Shown: positions 1 through 12,149 of the stretch, in pieces
Layout: the number at the start of each line of letters is the position of its first letter
How positions within the stretch are numbered: the stretch's first letter is position 1
Source of the DNA: Octopus bimaculoides
Lineage: Eukaryota
NCBI RefSeq assembly: GCF_001194135.2
Contig: NC_068982.1
Coordinates: forward strand, 180,705,550-180,768,994
Reading direction: 5' to 3'
Length of the DNA stretch: 63,445 bases
Program-made: the position numbers and the translations under genes
Notes under the pieces: generated by a model
What the model saw: the letters and a program-made list of their open reading frames with translations, nothing else
The model's database searches: none
Told to the model about the DNA's origin: nothing

Positions 1-209
1 GACAAATACATAACAAAAACGCCCAGGACTTACAAATATATATAACATACAAAAAATTGCACTACTGGGCACTGCACACATCCTACGCAAAACACTTTCA
101 ATACAGTAACCATAAGAGCATCACAGCAAACCACAGCACATACCCAAGGCACACAGAGCTGCGCTCGGTAGTGAAGTGAAAGCACGTTATAAAAATAAAA
201 CTACTGAAC
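1..209 (+). mobile_element. 3' end of an R4/Dong-like RLE non-LTR retrotransposon (ORF C-terminus plus 3' UTR)
   Basis: Translates to NIQKIALLGTAHILRKTLSIQ* (stop 107-109), the typical C-terminal helix of RLE-clade ORFs. About 100 bp of UTR and an (AAT)n run follow. Confidence 0.8.
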
Positions 210-250
<41 letters not shown>

Positions 251-269
251 TAATAATAAGAATAAGAAT
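210..269. repeat. (AAT)n microsatellite; tail or target of the RLE element
   Basis: Pure AAT run from 210 to ~248, degenerating to AATAAG. Confidence 0.95.
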
Positions 270-320
270 AACATCGAAAATTACCTTAAGAATGAGAACC
301 CAGGTTCGAAATTTTCCCAA

Positions 321-366
321 GACACCTGATGACGGCTGGAGGGTATATCAGACGAAACGTTGCGTT
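321..366 (+). ncRNA. Minimal type I hammerhead ribozyme motif (degenerate copy)
   Basis: GACAC-CTGATGA-c-GGCTG[gagggtatat]CAGAC-GAAA-CGT-T-GCGTT: intact CUGAUGA and GAAA core, 5-bp stem II with one mismatch, palindromic ACGT stem III, stem I GACAC/GCGTT with one mismatch. Confidence 0.65.
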
Positions 367-801
367 AACTACAATCAAGATGAGGACACATATTCATCAA
401 ATGTAAATAATGTACATTATGTATCAAGAATACTAACTACTTCAAATTTGCTCAGACATTGCACAATGTCATACTTAATAAGGTGGTATTATATAAAATC
501 TCGTAGTAAGAATGTGAACAAATTCTGAAATAATAGCCAAGATTATGAAATGTACGATATGAGGTACTTGAATAGAAGTAGCATTTCTGAGTTACACCAC
601 CGCAAGGTAGAGAAACCCAGTAATCAGATAAGCAAAATTCTCGTTGTTTAAGACCTCTCAAATCATTCATAATGCTTTCCGTCTTGATATATTTGCATTT
701 ATGAGTTTATAGAATTTAATATCGCTTAAAGGGAATATGTCAGGTGTTACATTAAAATTTGCAGGTGCATGTGTATGTATGTACATTTAAATAACCATGT
801 A

Positions 802-805
<4 letters not shown>

Positions 806-837
<32 letters not shown>

Positions 838-1265
838 NNNNNNNNNNNNNNNNNNNNNNNNNNNNNNNNNNNNNNNNNNNNNNNNNNNNNNNNNNNNNNN
901 NNNNNNNNNNNNNNNNNNNNNNNNNNNNNNNNNNNNNNNNNNNNNNNNNNNNNNNNNNNNNNNNNNNNNNNNNNNNNNNNNNNNNNNNNNNNNNNNNNNN
1001 NNNNNNNNNNNNNNNNNNNNNNNNNNNNNNNNNNNNNNNNNNNNNNNNNNNNNNNNNNNNNNNNNNNNNNNNNNNNNNNNNNNNNNNNNNNNNNNNNNNN
1101 NNNNNNNNNNNNNNNNNNNNNNNNNNNNNNNNNNNNNNNNNNNNNNNNNNNNNNNNNNNNNNNNNNNNNNNNNNNNNNNNNNNNNNNNNNNNNNNNNNNN
1201 NNNNNNNNNNNNNNNNNNNNNNNNNNNNNNNNNNNNNNNNNNNNNNNNNNNNNNNNNNNNNNNNN

Positions 1266-1304
<39 letters not shown>
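806..1304. other. (TA)n microsatellite with an assembly gap (~838-1265)
   Basis: N-run flanked by (TA)n on both sides; the ORFs called across it are artefacts. Confidence 0.95.
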
Positions 1305-1313
<9 letters not shown>

Positions 1314-1813
1314 ATATGCACACAATGCGCGCACATACGCGCGAATATATATTTTATGCTATAGCTAACATATAAACATACAACTAGTTTATGTGTAAAA
1401 TTTGTTATTTCTCAACAAAAGTCAAATTCATTAGACATTGTCATCAGAGAAAAAGAAGAGAATCAGTACATTTGAATCTATTTGAATATTGTCATTATTG
1501 AAATGAAGAATATTATAATACTTACTGCATGTCTCTTGATAATTTCCTGAAAGTTATTTTGCATTCCTTTACTTATAGAAATTCGCAGTAATGTAATATA
1601 AATATATAAAGTGGAATGGAAGTGACTATTAACAGAATTTAATAAAGCATCTCATCTATGATTACTTCACAGGTTTTCTATATAAATCACTGTAATGTCT
1701 ATCATCTAATCAGGTGTTTTATCTATATAAGCAACACAGAAACTATAAATCTAACAAATTAATAAGAGCACATTATCGGGAATACATACATATATTCATA
1801 CATATATTTAATC

Positions 1814-1882
1814 CTACCTACCTACCTACCTACCTACCTACCTACCTACCTACCTACCTACATACATACATACATACATACA
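1814..1882. repeat. (TACC)n-(TACA)n compound microsatellite
   Basis: Direct reading. Confidence 0.95.
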
Positions 1883-4105
1883 ATAACCGCAACCAGGCAG
1901 TAGTATACAGAGTAATGAGAGGAGGAGCAGTAAACATCATGGAAGCTCCCTCGCGAGAAGACATAGATTCCTTCTGGAGGAAAATCGGGAGTGAAGAGAA
2001 AGAATTTAGGCAAGATGCTCTGTGGCTGGAAGAAACCCGAAACAGTTATTGCTCTTTCGTTACTTCCAACGCATACACCATTGATGGCGAAATTCTCGCA
2101 ACTGTGATCCAGAAACTCCAGGATGGAAAAGCACCTGGAAGAGATTTGATTGTTGGATATTGCTACAAGAAGCTAACATTGTACCGACCATATCTTATCA
2201 ATCTGTACCAGCAAGATTTCATTGGGAACAGTAGCATACCACACCGGTTAGCTCTGGCAGAGACGAAATCGATCCCCAGATGCAGAACCACCCGTATGGC
2301 AAAACACTACAGACCAATTGCATGCCAAGGCTTAATACATAAGATATATACAGCATGTTTGAACCTCTTCCTACAGGACTATTGCGAAACCAGTAATATC
2401 ATCACAGCAGAACAAGCAGGTAGGAAGAAGGGAGTCTGGGAATGTGCTGAGCAATTGTTAATCAGCAAACTGTGATGTCAGAGGTGCGAGAGCATAGGAG
2501 GAGCCTAGTTTCAATGTGGCTGGACTACAAGAAATCCTTTGACTCTGTTCCCCACTCATGTATGTTATATGCTCTTCAACTTTCTAAAGTTCCAATGAGA
2601 ATAGTCAAAGTCATAGCTGACCTGACCTTATCGTGGGTCACCATCTTGAAATTAAACACAAAGAGGGACTGTATTTTCACCAATAGAATACAGTATCTGA
2701 AAGGCATATTTCGAGGAGACACCTTCTCTGTGATGTTGTTTATACTTTCTGTTAACGCCTTGTCATTCATGTTAACGACGTCTGAAAGATATCTCACAGG
2801 TTCACAGGGAAACAGAAATACCAAAATTACACGCCGAATAAAGACAATTTGGACCTCATAACTCTCTGCATTCAATAAAACAATGGCCCACAATGTGTTT
2901 GCAGTACCAGTACTCATGCCATCATTTAGGCTGCTTGATCGGACGTTTGATGAAATCCGAGCCATTGATGTGAAAACCACCCGAAAAATACTAACAAGCG
3001 CACATAATTTCCACATACATAGTGAAGTTGACCGCCTCTACATAAAACGAAAACAAGGCGGCAGAGGCTTAACATCAGTCCAAAATGCCTTTGAATGTTG
3101 CATCCTATCTCTTCGGTAACTTCTTCTAACCACCAAGTGTCGAAGTGCAGCCCTTGATCAAGTTTGCATACATGAGGTTGATAACCTTATAAGACTTGGA
3201 AGGCAGCTCCTTGAGCAACACTCTTTGTTTGATAACCTAGAGTACATGCCCAAAGAAATCACACGACTCTACCGCAAGGTATTATCAGGTGAAAGGATGA
3301 GCCTATATGAGCAGAAGACTATGCATGGCTATATCAGTAGAAAGTTCCGTGATAATGGTAACATTGATCATTAAAGCAGTTTTTCATGGACCAATAGCCA
3401 GATTACTACTTCCCACTTTGAAGGGTATGCGTTTGCAAACCAGATGCAAAAAATATTAAACCTTATGCACAAAAGGGATATAGATGCAGTAAAGCCGTAA
3501 AATGTGACAACCGATGCAGACTTTGTGGAGTTCACACTGAAGATATCACGCACATCATAAGAAGTTGTCCCAAAATGTCATCACGGTATTGTCTACCGAT
3601 GAGACATGATGTAGCTAGAACATTTTGTAATGAAATCCGTCGAAAGGATAACCTCGAGTACAAAGAAATAAGAATCCACTATATGGTAGAAACAATAGCC
3701 CCTCATAACAAAAAGGAATACATGTGGAATGTACCAGTCAAGACTTCAATAACATTTAAGAACAACAGACCTGATATAATGATTTGGGATAGAGAAGACA
3801 AACTGTGTAAAGTTGTGGAAATTAGCTGCCTTGCGGATGTTAACATAAAGCTGAAGATCAGTGAAAAATAGAACATCTATGCTGAAGTATTGAGAAATCT
3901 GCAGTTATTCTATCCAGATAACAAGGTCATGTTTATGCATGTAATTATTGGGGCACTGAGATATATAACACACTGACTAAATACAAATCTTGATAATTTA
4001 GGCTTCTCAAAACCTGAAAAGAGAAAGCTAATTCGAAAACGACAGATCCAATCCACCACTGGAACTGCAAAAATCTGTAAAACGTACCAGATGTTTACCA
4101 TTTAA
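1883..4105 (+). mobile_element. 5'-truncated, internally deleted R4/Dong-like RLE non-LTR retrotransposon (RT, CCHC knuckle, restriction-like endonuclease); inactive
   Basis: Motifs in order: HYRPIACQ, WLDYKKSFDSVPHS, KGIFRGDTFSVMLF, RLYIKRKQGGRGL, CRLC..HIIRSC, RHDVA, NNRPDIMIWDREDKLCKVVEISC, ending GTAKICKTYQMFTI*. Several stops and frameshifts; the YxDD region is absent. Confidence 0.92.
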
Positions 4106-4154
4106 ATATATATGAGCATCCAGTTCTATATTTAAGAGATGGGGAATTATGTAC

Positions 4155-4366
4155 CGTGGAAACGAAAATGGCTGTGTACAGTGCTTGCGTCTTCAGCACC
4201 CTGCTATACGACAGCGAGACATGGACCGCGTACGCCCAACAGGAGAAACGGTCCAACACCTTCCACCTCAGAAGCCTCCGACGCATACTTGGCATCCTCT
4301 GGCAAGACAAAGTAACTAATACTGACGTTCTGTCTCGTGCTGGCCTTCCCACCATGCTCACCTTAC
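4155..4366 (+). mobile_element. Internal fragment of an RTE-clade LINE (C-terminal RT region)
   Basis: VYSACVFSTLLYDSETWT..FHLRSLRRILGILWQDKVTNTDVLSRAGLP matches the RTE pattern LLYGSETW..LRRIL.I.W.D.V.N.EVL. Flanked by TATGTAC direct repeats. Confidence 0.85.
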
Positions 4367-4594
4367 TATGTACATTATTTACATTATTTACATTATTTAC
4401 ATATATGAGCATGTCTAGATAAGAATACACACATAATAATACACGCATAAAACATACAAATCTGCACATACATGCATACATAATGCAAAAATACCCTGTT
4501 GTTGATGTTGAAATTCCAGTGAAGGAGCCGTGGATCTAAGTTAGAAACCGGTTCTTTCTCTATTGGTAAGAAATCTTGAAGTAAACTGAATAAA

Positions 4595-4616
4595 AACACA
4601 CAAACACACACACACA

Positions 4617-4659
<43 letters not shown>

Positions 4660-4692
4660 ACACACACACACGCACACACACACACACACACA
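4595..4692. repeat. (CA)n microsatellite
   Basis: Direct reading. Confidence 0.95.
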
Positions 4693-4844
4693 CCGGTAAT
4701 ATCTCTTAGTAATATTAATTTATACCGGAAACAAAATATATAATGAATATAATAAAAGCTGACAATCTTTTTACCTTATATTTATTTTCTAAACACATAA
4801 TACAATATGACATAAGCAGTTTATTATGTTTGTTTTTTTCTACA

Positions 4845-4920
4845 AACTCACCGCGTACCGGCAGCTGATGGCTTGCAGGTCGGCACTGGTCCGCGGACCA
4901 CCATTTTGAGTAGTACTAGT
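4845..4920 (-). mobile_element. Terminal fragment of a hAT-Charlie-like DNA transposon
   Basis: GGTCCGCGGACCACCATTTTGAGTAG resembles the reverse complement of Charlie-type termini (CAGTGCTACTCAAAGTG.GGTCCGCGGACC). No partner end was found. Confidence 0.4.
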
Positions 4921-6084
4921 CAAGAGTATTTATATGTCTGTTGCGTTTTTGCCCAGTTTAACGCAAAACTTTATTGTACAGGGAGCTTTCAAATAGTCTT
5001 TATGCTTCTACTACTTTCTACAAACTAGCAGGATGTGACAAGCAATGTGTGACTAAAGTGATGTTACAACTGTCTCCTACAGTCTTAAATAAAAAAAAAA
5101 AGTTGACAGTTTAGCTTATTAAATTTTTTGTAATTATATATTTTAATTATAATAATCTTGAGCACTTATTATGATTGCACTCCCGCCTGATAAAAGTGTC
5201 AAAACTACTGGAATGCCCCTCGTATATTCTATAGTTAAGTATTACTTGATAATGTATTACATGACACTATATCATATGCATGTAGCAAATGCAAATATCA
5301 TCTGTTGATGTATCTATCACAAGGCGATTTATGTATCATATGAAATGAAAGGCTTTGTCTTACCTGTGTTCAACGTGCTATTCTTACAACCTAGACCTTC
5401 TAAAGCTCACCGGGATCAAACAGTGACTTTTACAGGGACTCCGTTAAACTATTTTCTCCGACGCTGAACCTCGAATTAGCTTTTATCTTAACTGTTCACT
5501 GGTCTTTAAAAAAATCTGTGTAAACAGTCTTCCAAACACTACTAGCCACTACTCCTCAAACAACATGATATTTTATGTAACACTGCTGCAAACATGCCAC
5601 TACGTTGCTCTCTAGTTTTTATTAACTACATATTGTACTTACACATTGATTATACACGCACTCATGCACACAGACAAATACACAAAGACACGCACATACA
5701 CGCAAACGCAGGTGCACAGATAGAAGCACAAACATAAAAACAAAGAGTCACATACAAATCCAAATGATCCTGCACATGCATGCTCAAAGGTACACGATAG
5801 AATCTTGCAGTTGCACCTCCTCAATCACATCCAACACATCTTCACATGCACATGCTATGTTTGAAATATCGGTTAAGCGATCAAAAGTTTCTTTCCATTA
5901 CCATCAAGGAGTATACTGAATGTTTAATTCTTATTCCCACCTTCGGGATCACTCATTTAAGAACTTTTGAAACAAGTGACTCCTTATTCTATTGACTCAA
6001 GGTGGTGTATTTGTAATGTGGAAAACATAGTCAGTAATAATGACAGTACCAAGGCAAATTGTACTACTAAATTCATTGGTCTCG

Positions 6085-6240
6085 TATTTTGCCACAAGGT
6101 CAGCAAGTTCGTGGAAAGGCGTTAGTCGATTACATCAACCCAATGCTAAACTGTCACTTACTTCATCGATCCCGGAAGGACGGAAGGGAAAGCCGCTATG
6201 CATTTTGCCCGGCTTGCTAACGATTCTGCCAACTCACCGA
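6085..6240 (-). mobile_element. tRNA-derived SINE (family A), internally deleted
   Basis: Reverse-complement similarity to the copies at 18121-18333 and 42229-42865. Confidence 0.75.
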
Positions 6241-7414
6241 CTTGTACAACTAAATATTTTAAAATTCAATGAATTTTCTATGTATTATACCTTGAGTAAC
6301 GTGAAGATGAATCAGAGAAGATGTATGACAGTTGTTTAAATGAAAAAAATATCATTCAATAGAAAGAGGAATTAAATTGAATACAAATCTCTGTCTGTGC
6401 ATATGATATATATGCATGAGGGTGTACGTGCCTTGTATGTTTATTTGTGTATTTATGTCTAATTTATCATATTCCTATATATAATGATATTTTAGACTTA
6501 TGGTCCGAAACATCTGACAGGTGAAAAATCTGACCTTTAGATCATTAGAAATAGCAAACAATATGCTAATATAACCTCCCCAGAGATATCATATCGATAT
6601 TACAAGTAATATTGTCTTCCGTGATCTTGTGTCACTCTCTTATTGTACTGTTTAATATGGCACATTGTCAATTGAATGCGTAACATTATATGTCTGCAAG
6701 AAGAAATATTGCAATCACATTAGAATGAAAGAATATATAGACTTACTAAATTAATCAGCTGAATAATTAAAAACAAACATCTGCAAAAGGAAGACAGAAA
6801 TTTTGTGTGTAATCTAGTATCGTAAACGTTCAGCTGCCACAGAAACACTATACTAATATGCTAAATAAAGTATAAGAAACTTAGTGATGTGTGAGATTAG
6901 TTAAGTATATTTATAACATATTACTTAGTCTATCTGCCGTAACTGTTTATCTATTAATTGGCATTGTTTAGTCTAAGCTTGTTCTTTCTACTGAACACAA
7001 ATTGTAAAACGTTTGTCATTTCAACTGAAAAAAATCTTCTTCCAATAGTTACAAGAATGTAATTAAATAAGATCTGTTATTTTTTTTTTTACAAAAATAT
7101 ATATATATATCCTAAAAGAAGATCACTATAATTAACGAAGATACAAGAGCGTTGTTTGTTGATTTAGTGCTGTATAATTATATGCACTTCTTTTCACTTT
7201 TCGATGTTTATTGTATCATGCGAAAAACAGTAATTATGTATGACGCAATGGTTCTTAAAGGTTATTCCTTCCAGAAAATGCAGCATACGAATGACTTACC
7301 ATTGTTTAACTACTACTACTACTACTACTATAACTGCTGTTGTTGTTACATCTGGTGTGGCAGATACTACTGCTGCTATTGTAGTTGATGACGATGGTAA
7401 TAGTGATAGAATAG

Positions 7415-7660
7415 GTAGACCAGGTATCATTTTAAACGAGATAAAAAACAATACCGCATAATTGTTGCAGCAATTCCATCACAAAAAAATATTCCGGACA
7501 TAGCAGGTAGAAAATATTTCGGAATATGCTGATTCATAAAATAAATATCAGTGATATCTGGATCCCCAATAACACAAGTAAAAACCATAACAGTTTTCAT
7601 TACACAATCAGAATCTATCCCCATCCACCCAAAAACGAAGTTTCGTATCTTCTGGAACAC
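7415..7660 (+). mobile_element. Degraded RLE endonuclease fragment (R4-like)
   Basis: RPGIILNEIKNNTA..IVAAIPSQKNI..K.SEYADS..VKTITVFIT across frameshifts resembles RPDI.L.D.....IDVAIP..N..K..KY. Confidence 0.5.
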
Positions 7661-7769
7661 TTAACACAGTTCATATTCTTAGGAAATACACGTTCTATTT
7701 AAGGCATTTTGCTAAGTCTGGTCACGGCGAAATCCAGTATTTGATATCAATGCTGTGCCATAACGAGGT

Positions 7770-8410
7770 TTGATAATCGCTTCACAAAGCAATCGTCCTG
7801 CACCAAGACTCTATCAATATATCTCATCAGCAGGGATGGAATAGATCCACAATGCCGATTCTGTAGAAAATATAAAGAAATATTGATCACACAGCCTTTG
7901 GTTACTTGTTAATAGCAATGACCGAATGCATCCACAAGCATAACATGATAGAGACGTAACTGTATTTAACATTATGTAGGGGAGATTAATTAAAAAAAAA
8001 CACTGAGAGATGGTATAAGCATAACTCAAACATAATCACTGAAAATAATGAATATACCATCCCCTAGGATATGCCCATCCGCACTGACAGAGAGGTAAAT
8101 ACCAATAGACTTCAGGTTATTATCAAGGATAAGAGGAACAAATGGTGTATAACTATCGCCATTGCAATACCTACTGAAAGAAATACCGCCACGCAAACCT
8201 AATACAAATACTTGAGGATCAAAATCACCAAGACGTGCAACATGAAGGTAAAGCAATACCTGTGGTGGTTGGAGCACTAGAACTTATGAAAAATAGCATC
8301 GAAATATTCACCATCTGTATCACTGGAAATATTGATATTTATGCAGTCTAGAAGATAGCATCCATTGTAACCGCTTACAAAATACTGAGATTGCTGTCAA
8401 TCAAAAGACA
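7770..8410 (+). mobile_element. 3' fragment of an R4/Dong-like RLE retrotransposon
   Basis: CRFC..E.IDH, WYKHNSNIITENNEYTI.*DMPIRTDREVNTNR, IPVVVGALELM, KIASIVTAYKILRLLSIK. Confidence 0.8.
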
Positions 8411-9319
8411 ATCGGGCTCTCGTTCATTGGAGATAGATTCACCAACATCTCACATAGCCTTCTTTCGCCAGATGTATGTTTCCTCGCACGTTTTGGTTAC
8501 TTTCTACAATATTAAGGGGTAGTAACTGGTATTTTTGCATATTTAGGGGGAACTACACCAATTCTCAAATACCTCACAAGGGGTTGGGTTGGGTTGGTAC
8601 TTCTGTTCTCTCGTAGCTCTTTTGCCACTGGTTTTGCTGTTAGTGTCGACACTTATACTTTCTATCACTCCTGTCATATTAGCAATTTTTACTGACTGAC
8701 AGAGATGTCTTTGTATTCTGTGTGTCACCAGGAAATGGAAAGTCGCAGTTTTATCGATAAATCCAGAGTTACACCACGTGCCACCTTAGGAGAAGCAGAC
8801 TGCATTTTGTTTCTCTTGCAATACAGTGTTCAAACCATTCGTCGAAAGCCCTAAAATGTTATTACAGTCATACATTGGATGAGAAGTTTGCTTTTGGTGT
8901 TTTTCCTTAAGGTTGTAGCAGCTCCAAGTATATAGCATAACTCAGGGATTATATCACTTGCAATTTCATAAAAACTTGTATTTCCATGAGAAACTTAACA
9001 TACCATGTATATGCGAAGGTTATCTCGGTTTTTAACGACCTATATTACACCATGAAAGAGACTACGAGTAAATACTCCATGTTGTCACCGTTGTGCATTT
9101 TGTCTCACTAAATCATTTGACCAGTTTATGGATATATGTCTCGTACTATTCGGACTTGTACTATGTACCGCTATATTCTGAAAGTAAAGTAAATGGTACT
9201 AATGCTCTCGTTTAACCCATTAAAGATTTTACGCAAACATTTTGTGAGAGCTGTCTCCAGCCTTTCGTTGGATGGTCCAGCACAAACCTCTGTAGCTTTG
9301 CAAGGTTTTAGCATATTAA

Positions 9320-9737
9320 AGTTTTCCTTTTTCCAAACCTAGGTGAAAAGTTTTGAGACAGAAGCGCCTGTCTAATTATAAAATGCGTCCACGTATTTGT
9401 AATCTCCATGAAATGATACATGTCCAAGGAAGCAACATATCAAACTACAAAATTGTGAGCGATGTGGCTTGTTTTGTATTCACAACACTGTCGCGTGAAA
9501 ATTTCTGTGTACGTGAGCTGTTGTTGATGTCAAACATGACGCTTGTAATGCAACGCATTTTTTTTCTTTTGCTGAATCGACATTCTTTTCATTTTCTGCA
9601 GTTTATGCGTTTATGCATTCAATATTATTTTTTCAAAGTTTTCTTTCTCATTCTTTTTAGGACCTGTTTTGCGCTGCTACAAAAATATCTTTCGAGCGAT
9701 GGGGCCTGGATGTCGGAGGGAATGTTTCAAAGAAACT
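9320..9737. mobile_element. Possible Kolobok-like non-autonomous DNA transposon
   Basis: TTAA|AGTTT at 9316-9324 and AAACT|TTAA at 9733-9741: TTAA duplication with AG termini. Only 5 bp of TIR is visible. Confidence 0.35.
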
Positions 9738-10019
9738 TTAACTGTGAATAAAAATTAGTGCTATTTCAAAAAGCAAGCGTGGTGTCCATAAGTTGCTAAA
9801 TGATATACATAGTTCAATCGAAATTTCTCTAATGAGTAAATATATTTCATGCCAGAGTCTAATATATAGCTAAGCATCAAGAACAAGTATAATGATTATA
9901 CTTAAGTAAAATCACTCATCCCTAAGTTTCTTATACTTTATTTTGTATATAACTATCGCGGAAATACGACAGACTATGAGCCCAGTTTGTATAGTCTTCT
10001 CTATGAATTTTATGACTCC

Positions 10020-11020
10020 ATGCCAGAATTGTTAGGTGGCTACTTGGCAGACGTCTAGCATTACTGGCAGCAGAACTGGAGAACTACTTGTCCTGTTAAG
10101 CGAGGTGTACTAGGACTAGTGAGGAAGGATACCCATGTACAGGACATGCTAGCCGACATACTAGATTTTTGCTAAGTTTTTAGCAAAAATGCTGGCAGTT
10201 GTCGTCGGTCGTCTGATCAGGAAGCTTAAAGTTATGCTATCCCCACAGGTATACCCACGAGACATTCCACCTTATTCGATACATCTTAGAAAGTTCTAGG
10301 ACTAAAGCCGACTGCAGTGCGTTTCTGATCAATTCGAATCAATACAAAGCTTTCGAATGCGTCGACCATCTCTGCTTGCAAGCCGTCCAGAAGTAGATTA
10401 GTTTCGGAAGATAGATCGCGGCAATGACCAATGACATCTCTTTGGCGGTCAAAATAAAAAGGCCATCTGTCGGAACTGTTTCAAATCCTACCCACCGTCC
10501 GACAGGGCTGCCTGCTGTCGCCTCTTGTGCACGTGCTTATTCTTGAGCCACTTCTGAGGAAGTTGGAACAGTTCAGGGGCGTTCCTTTCGAACCGGGACA
10601 CTGGAAGATAGCATAGGTGTACGTGGACAACGTTACCACCATGGTATCGGTTGCCTCCGTAGTGGAGTCGGTCGGCATCATTCTACGGAAATATACGTCG
10701 GGGAGACCAGGCGTCAAAGTAAACAAACCGGCTAGTCTGTTTCGGAGGACTTTCCAATCGGAGACCACCATCGATACTTTGCAAATATCCTTGGCTTCAC
10801 AGGGCTTTCGAGGGGCACTACCTGTTCGAAATAAGCTGTAGAGGCATGGATGTGCTCTCGGACGGGCATGTCCGACGTCCACACAGAGCGACTAAACTGT
10901 TGTACATGCATTCATTCAGTGTCGATTTGTGAAGTGATGTCGAAAAGCTGCTATCGTGTGTAGGACGGATCAGTTTCTTAGCCGAGTCAATAGTGATGAT
11001 AGTCACCCTACTTTAGTCAG
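10020..11020 (+). mobile_element. Tx1/L1-clade LINE RT fragment, degraded
   Basis: HLIRYILE, NQYKAFECVDH, RQGCLLSPLVHVLILEPLLRKL, YVDNVT (degenerate YADDVT); more GC- and CpG-rich than the flanks. Confidence 0.85.
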
Positions 11021-11329
11021 ACAGGTAAGATAGTTATCCTTCGCCTGTTGGCTGTAGCGAAAGAAGTTGTTTGGTGAACGAGGTTGGTACAGCCCTCATC
11101 AACGTTTTCAAGTTTAACTGGAAAAGGAAAGTGTGAGCAGAAAAAGAGGTGCTATCTTCAAGTGAATTTATTGAAATGCAGGTGAAAGGGGCAAAAATGG
11201 CATAAACCTGCCTGCAGAAGAACAATAATTGCAGAAGGCATTTCCCATGATGTTAAATGAGGTCTTGGATGGTGGGGTTGTACGATCGTTACTAAAAAAT
11301 TTCTATATCAGGAGGATTAAATAATCTTC

Positions 11330-12135
11330 ATACTTTTTATTTCACTGCTGTGTACTACGGGTATACTTTTTGGAAGCAGAGAAAACAGAGATTGAACAAT
11401 TGGAAACTTGAAAATAATGCATAGCCAATACCTCAGAGAAAAGGAAGGGAAACACAAGATCTACACATGTAGATGGCTAAGGGAAAGTGATCTGAAAGGC
11501 ATTGGCATGCAGCACCCAGGAACTAGTGCTGAAAACGAATTACACCAAGTTTTAAATAGATGAGAGCAGTAAATCACCTTTTTATAGGATGTGTGACAGC
11601 AAAAACGAAACGATCTTCATATTGTGAGTGAGTATAGGTAACTGGCCCAAAAGGAATACAAAAGGAAGTATGATAACGTAGCTAAGTTTGTTCGCCGGAG
11701 GTTGTGTGAGAAGTACGACTTTGAAAGAACAGAGAAATAGTACGAACATAAACCAGAAGGCTTTCACTAAGAATAATCAGTATCAGATCTTATGAGATTT
11801 TGCAATCCAGTGTGATTCACTGATTGAGGATCGGAGACCAGACATTTTTGTAGTGGATAGAAGGAAGAAAGAAACCAACATCATACATACTGCTATATTT
11901 AGAGATGCACGAGTAAGTGACAAAGAACTGGAAAAGATTGAAATGTCCACGGCTACTAAAAAAATGAACCTGCACAAATGTGGGTAATGAAGAGAATGGT
12001 AGTCATCCCAGTAGGCTTAAGAGTTTGGAAGCATTAACAACAAGTTTTGAGAAATTTGTAACACGAGGGTAGAGCATACTTCAAAAACTGCTTTATTAGT
12101 GATAATGAGGATTTTGAGATTGCTACTTGGGTGTA
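11330..12135 (+). mobile_element. 3' fragment of an R4/Dong-like RLE retrotransposon
   Basis: YRMCDSKNETI.HIVSE..LAQKEYKRKYDNVAK, YEHKPEG, IL*DFAIQCDSLIEDRRPDIFVVDRRKKE, ending QKTALL..RILRLLLG. Confidence 0.85.
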
Positions 12136-12149
12136 AAGAGACTATTGAA

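Noticed and set aside
747-1375. ORFs of IYIY, CVCV or THTH type and ORFs spanning N-runs (also ~17.0, 28.4, 45.8, 47.6, 55.3, 56.3, 58.8 and 61.6 kb)
   Set aside because: They are translations of microsatellites and gaps.
1714-1882. N-terminal part of the 253-aa ORF (PTYL repeats)
   Set aside because: Read-through of a (TACC)n microsatellite into the retrotransposon frame.
10481-10882. 133-aa minus-strand ORF
   Set aside because: Antisense shadow of the GC-rich Tx1-like RT fragment.
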